Below, piece by piece: positions 1 to 8,926 of a stretch of 64,000 nucleotides of DNA; within the stretch, counting starts at the first letter, position 1; every line of letters begins with the position of its first letter. The translations under genes and the position numbers were made by a program. The stretch lies in NCBI GenBank assembly GCA_963822965.1, contig CAWGJT010000005.1, positions 928,001 to 992,000 of the forward strand. Direction: 5' to 3'. The notes beneath the pieces were generated by a model that worked only from the letters and a program-made list of their open reading frames with translations, did not search any database and was not told the DNA's origin. This DNA is from an uncultured delta proteobacterium (lineage in GTDB: Bacteria > Myxococcota_A > UBA9160 > UBA4427).

Positions 1-873
1 GACATCTGGATCCACCTGGGCGGCATCGCCGAGGCCACCGAGCGGATCGGGCTCGGCACCGCGGTGCTGGTGCCGAACCTGCGTCACGTGATGACCACTG
101 CCGCGGCCATCGCCACAATCGACCGGCTGGCACCGGGACGCCTCGCCTGCGCGATCGGCACCGGCTTCACGGCGCGTCTCGTGCTCGGCCAGAAGGCCCT
201 GCCCTGGCGTACGGTGCGCACCTACGTGGAGCAGCTCAAGGGCCTGCTGCGGGGCGACGTGGTGGAGATCGACGGCAAGCCGTGCCAGATGATCCACCAC
301 CCGCAGCTCGCGAAGCCCCGGCCCATCGACGTGCCGATCCTGCTCTCGGCCTTCGGCCCGAAGGGAATGGCGATCACCCGGGAGATCGCCGACGGCTGGA
401 TCGGGATCGCGCCCCCCGCCGAGCGCTTCGAGCAGGCGGTGCAGATGGTCAACGGCACCGTGCTCGAGCCGGGCGAGTCCCGCGCGTCGGCCCGGGTGGT
501 GGACGCGGTGGGACCGTGGCACGCGGTCGTCTACCACGGGGTGTGGTCCGGCTCGCCCGAGGGCGTCGACGCCATGCCGGGGGGCGCGGCGTGGCGCGCC
601 CGCGTGGAGGCCGATCGACCGGCCGACCAACGGCACCTGGCCGTCCACGAGGGGCACTGCACCCACCTGACCGACCGCGACCGGCTGATCTTCGACGCCC
701 TGGGCGAGGACGTGGCCTGGATGGGGCTCGTCGGCTCGCCCGAGGAGGTGTGCAAGCGCGTCGAGGCGTCCGCCGCGGCCGGGATCAGCGAGATCCTCTA
801 CACGCCGGCCGGCAGCGACCTCGCGCGGGAGACGCGCGCCTTCTACGACGCGGTGTCCTCGCTGCAGGGCTGA
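1..873 (+). CDS. LLM-class flavin-dependent oxidoreductase (luciferase-like), 5'-truncated by window edge
   Basis: Frame 1 open from base 1 (DIWIHLGGIAEATERIGLGTAVLVPNLRH...). LLM motifs 'T.RI.LGT.V', 'ATID.LAPGR...IGTG' and 'PILLSAFGPK....EIADG'. Confidence 0.85.
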   Translation, partial: DIWIHLGGIAEATERIGLGTAVLVPNLRHVMTTAAAIATIDRLAPGRLACAIGTGFTARLVLGQKALPWRTVRTYVEQLKGLLRGDVVEIDGKPCQMIHHPQLAKPRPIDVPILLSAFGPKGMAITREIADGWIGIAPPAERFEQAVQMVNGTVLEPGESRASARVVDAVGPWHAVVYHGVWSGSPEGVDAMPGGAAWRARVEADRPADQRHLAVHEGHCTHLTDRDRLIFDALGEDVAWMGLVGSPEEVCKRVEASAAAGISEILYTPAGSDLARETRAFYDAVSSLQG

Positions 874-876
874 GAC

Positions 877-2181
877 GTGCCGCCGGACGCGCGCACGCGC
901 TACGCCCAGGTGGGGCTCGGCATCCGCTCGTGGATCTTCTCCCTGGCCCTGGCCCGAGACTACGCGGCAGAGGGCCTGCTGGTGGGCCTCTGCGACGACA
1001 ACGCGGGGCGACTCGCGCACCGCTGCAACTGGGCGCAGGACGCGGGCCTCGACGTGCGCGGATACGCGGCGGCCGACTTCGACCGCATGCTCGCGGAGTG
1101 CCGTCCCGACTGCGTCATCGTGACGCCCCCGGATCGCGACCACGCCGACTACGTCTGCCGCGCCATGGAGAACGGCTGCGACGTCGTCTGCGAGAAGCCC
1201 CTCACCATCGACGCCCCGAGCCTGCAGCGCATCCTCGACACCCGGCGCGCCACCGGACGCCGGGTGCGCGTGACCTTCAACTACCGCTACTCGCCCTACC
1301 GCGCCCAGGTGAAGGAGCTGCTGGCCGCCGGCGAGATCGGCGAGGTGCTCTCCGTCGACTTCCACTGGCTGCTGGACACGGCCCACGGCGCCGACTACTT
1401 CCGCCGCTGGCACCGCAACAAGGCGAACTCCGGCGGGCTGCTGGTCCACAAGGCCAGCCACCACTTCGACCTGGTGAACTGGTGGCTGGACAGCGTCCCG
1501 GAGCACGTGCAGGCCTCCGGGGGCCGCCGCTTCTATACGCCCGAGACGGCGGCCCGTCTCGGCCTCGGACGCGCGGCGGCCCGATGCCTCGACTGCCCCG
1601 AGGCCGGACGCTGCCCGTTCCACCTCGACCTGCGGGAGCAGAAGCTCCTGGGCGCGCTCTACCTCGCCCACGAGCAGCACGACGGCTACTGGCGCGACCG
1701 CTGCGTGTGGAGCGACGAGATCGACATCGAGGACACCATGAACGTGCTCGTCGACTACCGCTCGGGCGCACGCATGAGCTACTCGCTGAACGCCTTCATG
1801 CCGCGCGAGGGCTACACGATCTCCTTCAACGGAACCCGGGGCCGTCTCGACCACGTGTGCGAGGAGTCGAGCTACGTCAGCGGCTCGAGCCCGTTCGCCG
1901 GCGTCGTCGACGCCGAACGCACGACGATCCGCCTGCAGCCGCACTTCGGCAGGGCCCGGGACGTGCCCATCGAGGCGGGTGGCGGCAGCCACGGCGGCGG
2001 CGACGCCCGGCTGCTGCGGGATCTCTTCGCACCCGACCCGCACGACGATCCGCTCGGGCGCGCGGCGGACCACCGGTCGGGTGCCTGGTCGATCCTGACG
2101 GGCATCGCGGCCAATCGCTCGATCGCTACGGGAGAGCGCGTGAACGTGCCGGGCCTGGTATCCGGGCTCGAGCTGCCCTGA
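877..2181 (+). CDS. Gfo/Idh/MocA family oxidoreductase
   Basis: N-terminal Rossmann 'QVGLGIRS', 'VCEKPL' and 'DYFRRWHRNKANSGGLLVHKASHHFDL' motifs. Confidence 0.9.
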   Translation: MPPDARTRYAQVGLGIRSWIFSLALARDYAAEGLLVGLCDDNAGRLAHRCNWAQDAGLDVRGYAAADFDRMLAECRPDCVIVTPPDRDHADYVCRAMENGCDVVCEKPLTIDAPSLQRILDTRRATGRRVRVTFNYRYSPYRAQVKELLAAGEIGEVLSVDFHWLLDTAHGADYFRRWHRNKANSGGLLVHKASHHFDLVNWWLDSVPEHVQASGGRRFYTPETAARLGLGRAAARCLDCPEAGRCPFHLDLREQKLLGALYLAHEQHDGYWRDRCVWSDEIDIEDTMNVLVDYRSGARMSYSLNAFMPREGYTISFNGTRGRLDHVCEESSYVSGSSPFAGVVDAERTTIRLQPHFGRARDVPIEAGGGSHGGGDARLLRDLFAPDPHDDPLGRAADHRSGAWSILTGIAANRSIATGERVNVPGLVSGLELP

Positions 2182-2255
2182 TCCGCCCCAGCGCGCAGGC
2201 CGTCCATCCCCTTCCGGTCCTTCCGGCCGACCCGAAGGCCGCTACCGTGCGGGGC

Positions 2256-3902
2256 GTGGAGCCCGAGCCGAACCGCGACCCCATGCCGGAGGGCCTGCTC
2301 GAAGCCCTCTCCCAGCCCGACGCGTACCCCGACGACCCGAGCGCCAGCCGGGGAGTCGAAGTCGTCCAGACCCACATCTCGCACGTCTTCCTCACGCAGG
2401 ACCGGGTCTACAAGCTGCGCAAGGTCGTCGACGTGGGCTTCATCTCCTTCCTGGGCCGCGGTGCCCGCAACGAGGACTGCCTCCGCGAGCTCCACCTGAA
2501 CCGCCGCCTGTCGCCGGACGTGTACCTGGGCATCGCGCCCTTCGAGCGGCTGGACGACGGCTTCGTGGTGGGGGCGCTGCTGGCGGATCCGACGTCCCTG
2601 CCCGACGAGGAGCACTGCGTGGTCATGCGCCGGCTGCCCGAACGGCCGCGACGCGCGGAGCCTGCTGGAGGCCGGCCGGCTCCAGCCCGGGCAGCTCGAC
2701 CGGGTGGCGGTGTTGCTGGCCGAGTTCCACCGCCAGCACGGCCTCGGACGACCGAGCCCCTTCTCCCCGGCCGAGTGGCGGGAGCGCATCTGGCGGCCGG
2801 TGGAGGCGAACTTCACGTCGCTGCTCGAGCGCGGCCAGGGGGTGGTTGCGCCGGACGAACGTCCACGCCCTGCGCGAGCACGCGCTGCGGGTCTTCGCGC
2901 GCATCGAGACGGCGCCCTGGAAGAGCGGCGCCTCGCAGGGCGCGCCGTGGACGCCCACGGCGACCTGCACCTGGAGCACGTCTGGTTCGAGCAAGACGAC
3001 TCGCCGCCCCTGGTCATCGACTGCCTCGAGTTCAACGACGAGCTGCGGCGCATCGACGCCGCCTCGGAGCTGGCCTTCCTGACGATGGACCTGGGCTATC
3101 GCGGGCGGCGGGACCTCGGGGAGCGACTGCTGCAAACGCTATGCCGCCGCCGCGGACGACTACGGCCTCTATCGCGTGGTCGACTTCTTCGTGAGCTACC
3201 GCGCCGCGGTACGCGCCAAGGTGGAGACCCTGGCGGCGGGCGACCCGGCCATCCCCGAGGACCAACGCGACCACGCGAACGAGCAGCGCCCGCCGCCGCC
3301 TCGCCTTCGCCACCCGCGCCCTCGAAGAGGCCCCGCCCGGCCGCGTCTTCCTCACCGGCGGAATCATCGGCGCCGGCAAGAGCACCGCGGCCCGGGCCGT
3401 CTCCGACGCCACCGGCGCCGTGGTGATCGCGTCGGACGTGGTGCGGCGGCAGGTCTTCGGCGCGCCGGACTCCCGCCAGCCCGCCGGATGGCGGGAGGAG
3501 CGCTACGGCGCCGAGGCCGTGGAGCGCGTCTACCGGGAGATCTTCGCGCGCGCCGAGTCGGTGCTGGCCTCGGGGCGCTCCCTGGTGCTCGACGCCAGCT
3601 GGTCGTCTCGGGCGCGACGCGATCACGCCCGGGCCTGGGCGGAGCGCCTCGGCGCCCACCCGGTCTTCGTCGAGGTGCGCTGCCCCCGCGACGTCACGCT
3701 CGCGCGGCTCGAGGCGCGCAAGCGGGCCGGTCGCGACCCGTCGGACGCCGGCCCCGAGATCTACGACGCCTTTGCGGCATCCTTCGATCCCGTGCACGAT
3801 TCCGAGTGGCCGGCCGGCGACCACCTCGTCGCGTGGACCGACCGCGACCGCTGGCAGGACGCGCTACGCGCGCAGATCCGATCCGAACGAGGTGCACGCT
3901 GA
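2256..3902 (+). CDS. Bifunctional aminoglycoside-phosphotransferase-like/AAA_33 kinase (COG2187+COG0645, Rv2004c-like); frameshifted
   Basis: 'QTHISHVFL..DRVYKLRK', 'E..LNRRLSPDVYLG', 'HGDLHLEHV', 'IDCLEFNDELR.ID..SELAFL.MDL' and P-loop 'GIIGAGKST' lie in different frames (shifts near 2640, 2850-2890, 3140, 3290). Start GTG 2256 or ATG 2283. Confidence 0.85.
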
Positions 3903-3918
3903 GCACCGGAGACGCTCC

Positions 3919-4371
3919 ATGTACGCTTTTCTCGACTACCGCACCTGCGACACCATGACCGCCGACCCCGTGACCGTGGGCCCCGAGACCTCCCTCGCCG
4001 AGGCGGAGGCCGTGTTCGAGGAGCACCAGTTCAACGCGCTCCCGGTCGTCGACGCGGAGCGCCAGCTGCTCGGCGTGTTCACGAAGCTCGACCTCCTGAA
4101 GGCATTCCGGCACCGGGACGACCGCATGTTCCCGCCCTACGACGAGATCATGCGCCAGCCGGTCTCGTCGTTCATGACCTTCGAGCGCGACCTCGCGACC
4201 GCCACGCCGCGCATGCCCCTCACCCGGGTGCTCGAGAAGATGGTGGTGGGCCGATCGAAGAGCCTGCCCGTCGTCGACGCAGGCGTGCTCGTCGGCGTGG
4301 TCGCCCGCGAGGACGTGATGAAGGCTCTGCGGCGAGCCGTCGCCGGCGAGGTCCCTACCGATCCCATCTAG
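3919..4371 (+). CDS. CBS domain-containing protein
   Basis: Paired CBS motifs 'MTADPVTVGPETSL...NALPVVD...LLGVFTKLDL' and 'SLPVVDAGVLVGVVAREDV'. GGAG RBS upstream. Confidence 0.9.
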   Translation: MYAFLDYRTCDTMTADPVTVGPETSLAEAEAVFEEHQFNALPVVDAERQLLGVFTKLDLLKAFRHRDDRMFPPYDEIMRQPVSSFMTFERDLATATPRMPLTRVLEKMVVGRSKSLPVVDAGVLVGVVAREDVMKALRRAVAGEVPTDPI

Positions 4372-4378
4372 CGTCCCG

Positions 4379-4523
4379 GGGCGGGGCGCTGGGTGTCCTG
4401 CGCTCCATGGCTCGCTGGTCTTCGGAGCAGGTCTCGGGGCCGGGTTGCTTCGGAAACGCTGAAACGCTTCGGGGCGTCGGGGGCTGCGCTCTACTTCCGC
4501 GCAGGACACCCAGCGCCCCGCCC
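4379..4523. repeat. Perfect 25-bp inverted repeat enclosing 95 bp (MITE/REP-like element)
   Basis: GGGCGGGGCGCTGGGTGTCCTGCGC (4379-4403) is the exact reverse complement of 4499-4523. Confidence 0.85.
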
Positions 4524-4537
4524 AGAGCCAGAGCCAG

Positions 4538-4566
4538 AGCCGGGCGCAGCTCGGCTGCGCCCGGCT
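4538..4566. terminator. 13-bp perfect hairpin between convergent genes (REP-like or bidirectional terminator), preceded by (AGAGCC)3
   Basis: AGCCGGGCGCAGC-TCG-GCTGCGCCCGGCT; no U-tract. Confidence 0.55.
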
Positions 4567-4580
4567 GGAACGGTCTGCGC

Positions 4581-6086
4581 TCAGTGCGCCTCGGCGGGCG
4601 CGGCGACGGCCGGCGTCGGCGGCGTGTGCCCCGGATCGATCAGGATGTCGATGCGGCGGTTCAACGCTCTGCCGTCGGCCGTCTTGTTCGACGCCAGGGG
4701 CTCGGAGAAGCCCTTGCCGACCACCACCACGTGGTCTTCGGGCAACGTGTTGTTCGCCACGAGATACGCGGCGACCGCCTCGGCCCTCATCTGGGACAGG
4801 TGATCGTTCACCTGGGCCGATCCGGTGGAATCGGTGTGCCCCTCGATCACGACCGTCGGCTTGTCGAAGCTGCGGATCGCCTTCTGCACCTTGCTGAGCA
4901 GCTCATAGTCGTCGGGCTGCAGCACGCTCTCGCCGACCGGGAACTGCACGCCGCGAAGCCGGACCACGAGCTGCGTTCCCTGCTTGTACACCTCGGCTTC
5001 GCTCGGGGTGAAGTAGCTGCTCACCTCGGCGTACTGCTCCTGCAGCCGTCGCTGCTCCTCGAGCTTTCCGATCTGCAGGCGCTCCTCGGTCGACTGTCCC
5101 TCGAGCTTCGCGATCTCCGCCTGGGAGGTCGCGATCTGCGCCCGCAGCCCCTCGCTCTGCGTCACGAGATAGTCGCGGTCCTTGCGCAGCTCGCGGACGG
5201 CGTTGGTCACCGCCGTGAGCTGGGCCTGGGAATCGCGATCGCGCAGATCGGGGAGGGCCAGCTCCGCGGCCACGGTGCTGATGCTCTTCTCACGCTGCAA
5301 CGCCTGGGCCTCGGGGCTCGTCTTCTGGATCGAGGCGGCCGCGCGGGTGAGGGCGACGAGCCGATTGGCCTGGAAGAGCGTCTCGGTGGTGCGCTCGCCC
5401 ATCTCCGCACTGGCGTAGCGATTGCTCGTGATGAACGAATCGAGCGATGCTTCCATCTTCTCCGTGGCCGCCAGCGTCTTGGGCACGAGCTTCTCGGCAC
5501 CCTCGCTGCGCGCCAGCTCGATGGCCTTCCGGATGTCGGTGATGGCGCTCGCCTTGATGGCCTGGAGCTCGACCGAGCGGAAGGCCCGTTCGACGCCCGG
5601 CGCCTTCTTCTCCGCCCAGCTCACGTTGTCCTGCTCGACGGCGGCCGTCAGCTCGACGAACCGCTCCTCGGCCTCCGTGTAGGGTTCTCCCAGCGAGGTC
5701 GCACCGGCGGCCCGCGCGTCCGCTCGGGCCTTGATGACCGCCGGCAGGATGCTCTGGGAGACCGTCACGAACTTCTGCGCCTGCTCGACCTCGGCATTGC
5801 CCTTCGCGATGAGGGACATGATCTCCTGCACGGAACCGCCCTGCTCCAGCGTCGTCCTCGCCTGCTCGTAGGAGGCGTCGGCCCGACCGAACCAGGTGGG
5901 CGCGAGCACGGGTGCCTTGGCCTGGCGCGCCTGATCGATCTTCGCGGCCAGTGCGCCGAGCTGCTCCGACGGATTGGCGGTGACGGGAATGCTCTTCGTA
6001 TCCAGCCCGCCGCTCGCGCACGCGGTGGCGAGGCCGATCAGCAAAATGAAGATGGCTCTGCTCGACGAATCGAGGATTCTAGGCAC
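4581..6086 (-). CDS. OmpA family lipoprotein with long helical N-terminal region
   Basis: Lipobox-like 'LATAC'. C-terminal OmpA_C motifs 'IEGHTDSTG....N..LSQMRAEAV' and 'GKGFSEPLASN.TADGRALNRRID'. GTG start with GGAG RBS. Confidence 0.9.
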   Translation of the reverse strand: MPRILDSSSRAIFILLIGLATACASGGLDTKSIPVTANPSEQLGALAAKIDQARQAKAPVLAPTWFGRADASYEQARTTLEQGGSVQEIMSLIAKGNAEVEQAQKFVTVSQSILPAVIKARADARAAGATSLGEPYTEAEERFVELTAAVEQDNVSWAEKKAPGVERAFRSVELQAIKASAITDIRKAIELARSEGAEKLVPKTLAATEKMEASLDSFITSNRYASAEMGERTTETLFQANRLVALTRAAASIQKTSPEAQALQREKSISTVAAELALPDLRDRDSQAQLTAVTNAVRELRKDRDYLVTQSEGLRAQIATSQAEIAKLEGQSTEERLQIGKLEEQRRLQEQYAEVSSYFTPSEAEVYKQGTQLVVRLRGVQFPVGESVLQPDDYELLSKVQKAIRSFDKPTVVIEGHTDSTGSAQVNDHLSQMRAEAVAAYLVANNTLPEDHVVVVGKGFSEPLASNKTADGRALNRRIDILIDPGHTPPTPAVAAPAEAH

Positions 6087-6191
6087 GGGTCTCCCCCTCT
6101 CCTGGGTCGTTCTGGATGCTCTTGGTGATGATCTTGGAATGGAACGGCGCTCGCTCCCGCGAGGGCGGCCCTCCCCCTCTCCTGTCCTGTA

Positions 6192-6218
6192 TTCCCGCGC
6201 TTCCTGCGCTTCCCGCGC
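6192..6218. repeat. Three tandem 9-bp direct repeats TTCC(C/T)GCGC upstream of the ompA-like gene
   Basis: TTCCCGCGC-TTCCTGCGC-TTCCCGCGC in the intergenic region. Confidence 0.45.
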
Positions 6219-6406
6219 TGAGCTTCTGGGTCGTCGGGATCGGCCGCGCGCCGGATGGTCGCGTTCCGATCCTCCCGCGCGGACAGGGATGGGATACCTG
6301 GAGTGTCGGGCAGCCGCCTCACTTCCACAAGGGCCGCCAGCGCGCCGCTGGGTCAGTCGGGCGGTCCGGGTACCCATTGGATAGCGACCCGGGCGGGCTC
6401 GCTCCC

Positions 6407-7579
6407 TCAGAACGTGATCGGCAGCGACGCGAAGCCCTGGACGAACTCGGTGCGCAGGCGCACGGCCCGCTCCAGGTCGAGCTCGTACTCGGGAACCCGC
6501 CGGAGCGTCTCCTCCAGGCACACCCGGCCTTCCATCTTCGCCACGAAGAGGCCGAGGCAGGAGTGGGTGCCCGCACCGAAGCTCAGGATGCGCTGGGGGC
6601 GCCGCTCGATGTCGAAGATGTCGGGGCTCTCGAACTCACGCTCGTCCCGGTTCGCCGACGCATACAGGAACAGGATGCCCGCGCCCTTCTTCATGGTCTG
6701 GCCGTGCAGGGGGACGTCCTGGGTGAGGGTGCGGCACAGGAACTGGGTGGGCATGTCGTAGCGCAGGATCTCGAGGTAGGCGTCGGGGATGAGGCTCGGG
6801 TCCTCGGCGCAGCGCCGGCGCTGGCCGGGGTGCTCCCACAGGCGGAAGATGCCGTTCGCGAAGGTCTTCGGGAACGTCTCGGAGCCGCCGATGATCAGCA
6901 GGGAGAGATGCGACGCGATGTCCTCGGCGGTGAAGCGCTTGCCGTTCAGCTCGAAGGCACGCAGCACGTTCACCACGTCGTCGTCGTCGTTGCCCTGCCG
7001 GTCGCGGGCATGCACCAGGTCGACGAAGTAGGCGCTCAGCTCCCCGGCCGCGGCCAGGCCGTCGGGCGTCATGCCGTCGATGCCGGGCTCCCGGGCGAAG
7101 AACCGCCAGACCAGATCGGAGAGCATGTCCCCGTCCTCGATGGGGATGCCGACGGCCTGGCAGGTCACCTTGACGGAGAGCTGGGCGGCCAGGTCGCCGA
7201 TCACGTCGAAGTGGCCCTTTTCGATCGCCTTGTCGAGGCACTCGCTCACGATGGCCCGCACCGTGGGCTCCATGCCCGCCATGGCGGCGCGCGCGAAGCG
7301 CGGACGGATGGCGCTGCGCAGCTTCCCGTGGTCCGGGGGATCCATCACGTTCAGCATGGGCGTGACGGGCTGAACCTTCGTCAGCACCTGGGAGGAGGTG
7401 GTCCCCTTCGCGGCGGAGAAGGCGGGGTGGGAGGAGCATTCCCAGATGTCCGCGAATCGGGACAGCGCCCAGGCGTCGTACTTCTCGAGGTAGTAGGCCG
7501 GGGCTTCGTCCCGAAGCTGCTTGTAGGTCGGGTACGCGTTGGCCATCACGGCCTCGGAGAAGGGGTCGTAGTCCACCAT
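6407..7579 (-). CDS. Cytochrome P450
   Basis: 'MDPPDH..LR', I-helix 'GGSET', K-helix 'EILR', heme motif 'FGAGTHSCLG'. Start 7579 or 7594. Confidence 0.95.
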   Translation of the reverse strand: MVDYDPFSEAVMANAYPTYKQLRDEAPAYYLEKYDAWALSRFADIWECSSHPAFSAAKGTTSSQVLTKVQPVTPMLNVMDPPDHGKLRSAIRPRFARAAMAGMEPTVRAIVSECLDKAIEKGHFDVIGDLAAQLSVKVTCQAVGIPIEDGDMLSDLVWRFFAREPGIDGMTPDGLAAAGELSAYFVDLVHARDRQGNDDDDVVNVLRAFELNGKRFTAEDIASHLSLLIIGGSETFPKTFANGIFRLWEHPGQRRRCAEDPSLIPDAYLEILRYDMPTQFLCRTLTQDVPLHGQTMKKGAGILFLYASANRDEREFESPDIFDIERRPQRILSFGAGTHSCLGLFVAKMEGRVCLEETLRRVPEYELDLERAVRLRTEFVQGFASLPITF

Positions 7580-7668
7580 TTCCTGGTTCCTCATTCCTCT
7601 TGCCTTGCAGCCTGCAGCCTGCACGCCGTTCGAGCCGCCGTGCAGCCCACGGCTCGGTGACCCTGGAG

Positions 7669-7684
7669 TGCAGCCGCCGTGCCA
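7669..7684 (-). promoter_or_regulatory. Sigma-54 (-24/-12) promoter for the P450 gene
   Basis: Minus strand TGGCACGGCGGCTGCA versus consensus TGGCACG-N4-TTGCW. Adjacent palindrome GCGCGAA-T-TTCGCGC at 7692-7706. Confidence 0.65.
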
Positions 7685-7875
7685 ACCCGCGGCGCGAATT
7701 TCGCGCGCGAGGCGCGGAATGGCGGTAGCCTACGGGGCCCATCGCCCCAGCCGGGGTCCGGCATGCGACCTGCGGCCTCAGGGGGGACGCGAGTCGATCG
7801 CACGGGTGGCCCACCGGGGGGCCCGCGGCTGGCGCATCTGCTACACGGGCGCGCGCAGTCCAGGAGGAGGTTTCC

Positions 7876-8295
7876 ATGGGAGCAGGTCGCAAGGTGCGGG
7901 ATCTGATGTCGCCCGAGGTCGTGACCCTGACGGTCAACGAGACGCTCACCATCGCGGACGACGTGATGCGGCTCGGGCGCATCCGCCACATGCCGGTGGT
8001 CGACGAGGACGGCCGTCTCGTCGGCATCCTCAGCCAGCGCGACCTCTTCCGGGACGCCCTGGCCCGGGCACTGGGATACGGCCAGCACGCCCAGGACAAG
8101 ATGCTGAAGATGATGCGCGTCAAGGAGGTGATGAAGTCCGGCGTCGCGACGGTCACTCCGGACACCCCGCTCGAGGAGGCGGCGGCGCGCATGCTGCGGG
8201 ACAAGATCGGCTGCCTGGTCGTGCTCGAGGGAGACGAGATCGCGGGGATCCTCACCGAGAGCGACTTCGTCAAGCTGGTGGCACGCGGCGACTGA
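7876..8295 (+). CDS. CBS domain-containing protein
   Basis: 'IRHMPVVDEDGRLVGILSQRDL' and 'KIGCLVVLEGDEIAGILTESDF'. Strong AGGAGG RBS. Confidence 0.92.
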   Translation: MGAGRKVRDLMSPEVVTLTVNETLTIADDVMRLGRIRHMPVVDEDGRLVGILSQRDLFRDALARALGYGQHAQDKMLKMMRVKEVMKSGVATVTPDTPLEEAAARMLRDKIGCLVVLEGDEIAGILTESDFVKLVARGD

Positions 8296-8343
8296 CGCGG
8301 GCTCGCCGGCGGGAGCCCTCCGGCGATCCACTATCCTCGCGCC

Positions 8344-8892
8344 ATGTCCGGCCCCAGCGGCTATCCGTCCGACGAGCAGCCCGGTCTGCTCAAGTCGCTC
8401 CTGCGCTGGGCGGTCGCGGCGGCGGTGGCGACGCTGGTCACGCTCGTCCTCTTCACCGTCATGACGAGGCTGATCGACGGCACCTGGATCCTCGAGGGCC
8501 TGATCCGGGTGTTTCCGCTGTCGACCGCCCAGGTCACGCCCGAGGACGAGTGCGCCATCGACGAGGCCACGGCGCGGCCCGCCGTCTCGATCGCCGGCGA
8601 GGTGGGCTACTACGCGAACGGCTCGTTCGTGCCCCTGCCCGACGCCCGCATCCAGGGAGACGACGGAGCGAGGCCGCCCCACCCGGTGGAGGTGGCCGCC
8701 GACGGCGCGTTCCGCTTCGTCACGGCCTTCCCCGACGAGACCCCTTCGCCGTGCCGCTACGACGGCGAGAAGCCGCCGGCGGAGACCCAGTGGCTCATCG
8801 TCGGCGCGGAGGGCTGCAGCGAGCGACGCGTGCCCGTGACCCGGGCCTGGGTGTCGCACCGGGTGCTGATCCCCTGCCGCGATCGGGGATGA
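8344..8892 (+). CDS. Hypothetical membrane-anchored protein with Cys-containing beta-rich C-terminal domain
   Basis: N-terminal TM 'AVAAAVATLVTLVLFTVMTRLI', 4 Cys, typical GC3 codon bias. Confidence 0.65.
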   Translation: MSGPSGYPSDEQPGLLKSLLRWAVAAAVATLVTLVLFTVMTRLIDGTWILEGLIRVFPLSTAQVTPEDECAIDEATARPAVSIAGEVGYYANGSFVPLPDARIQGDDGARPPHPVEVAADGAFRFVTAFPDETPSPCRYDGEKPPAETQWLIVGAEGCSERRVPVTRAWVSHRVLIPCRDRG

Positions 8893-8926
8893 GCCCGCGA
8901 GCCGCTCGCCGGCGGCGCGTGGCGGC

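Noticed and set aside
7605..7625. Short tandem TGCAGCC repeats in the P450 leader
   Set aside because: Only 2-3 imperfect units, compatible with chance in GC-rich DNA.
7829..7846. Possible sigma-54 site before the CBS gene at 7876
   Set aside because: TGGCGCA is present but there is no GC at the required -12 spacing.
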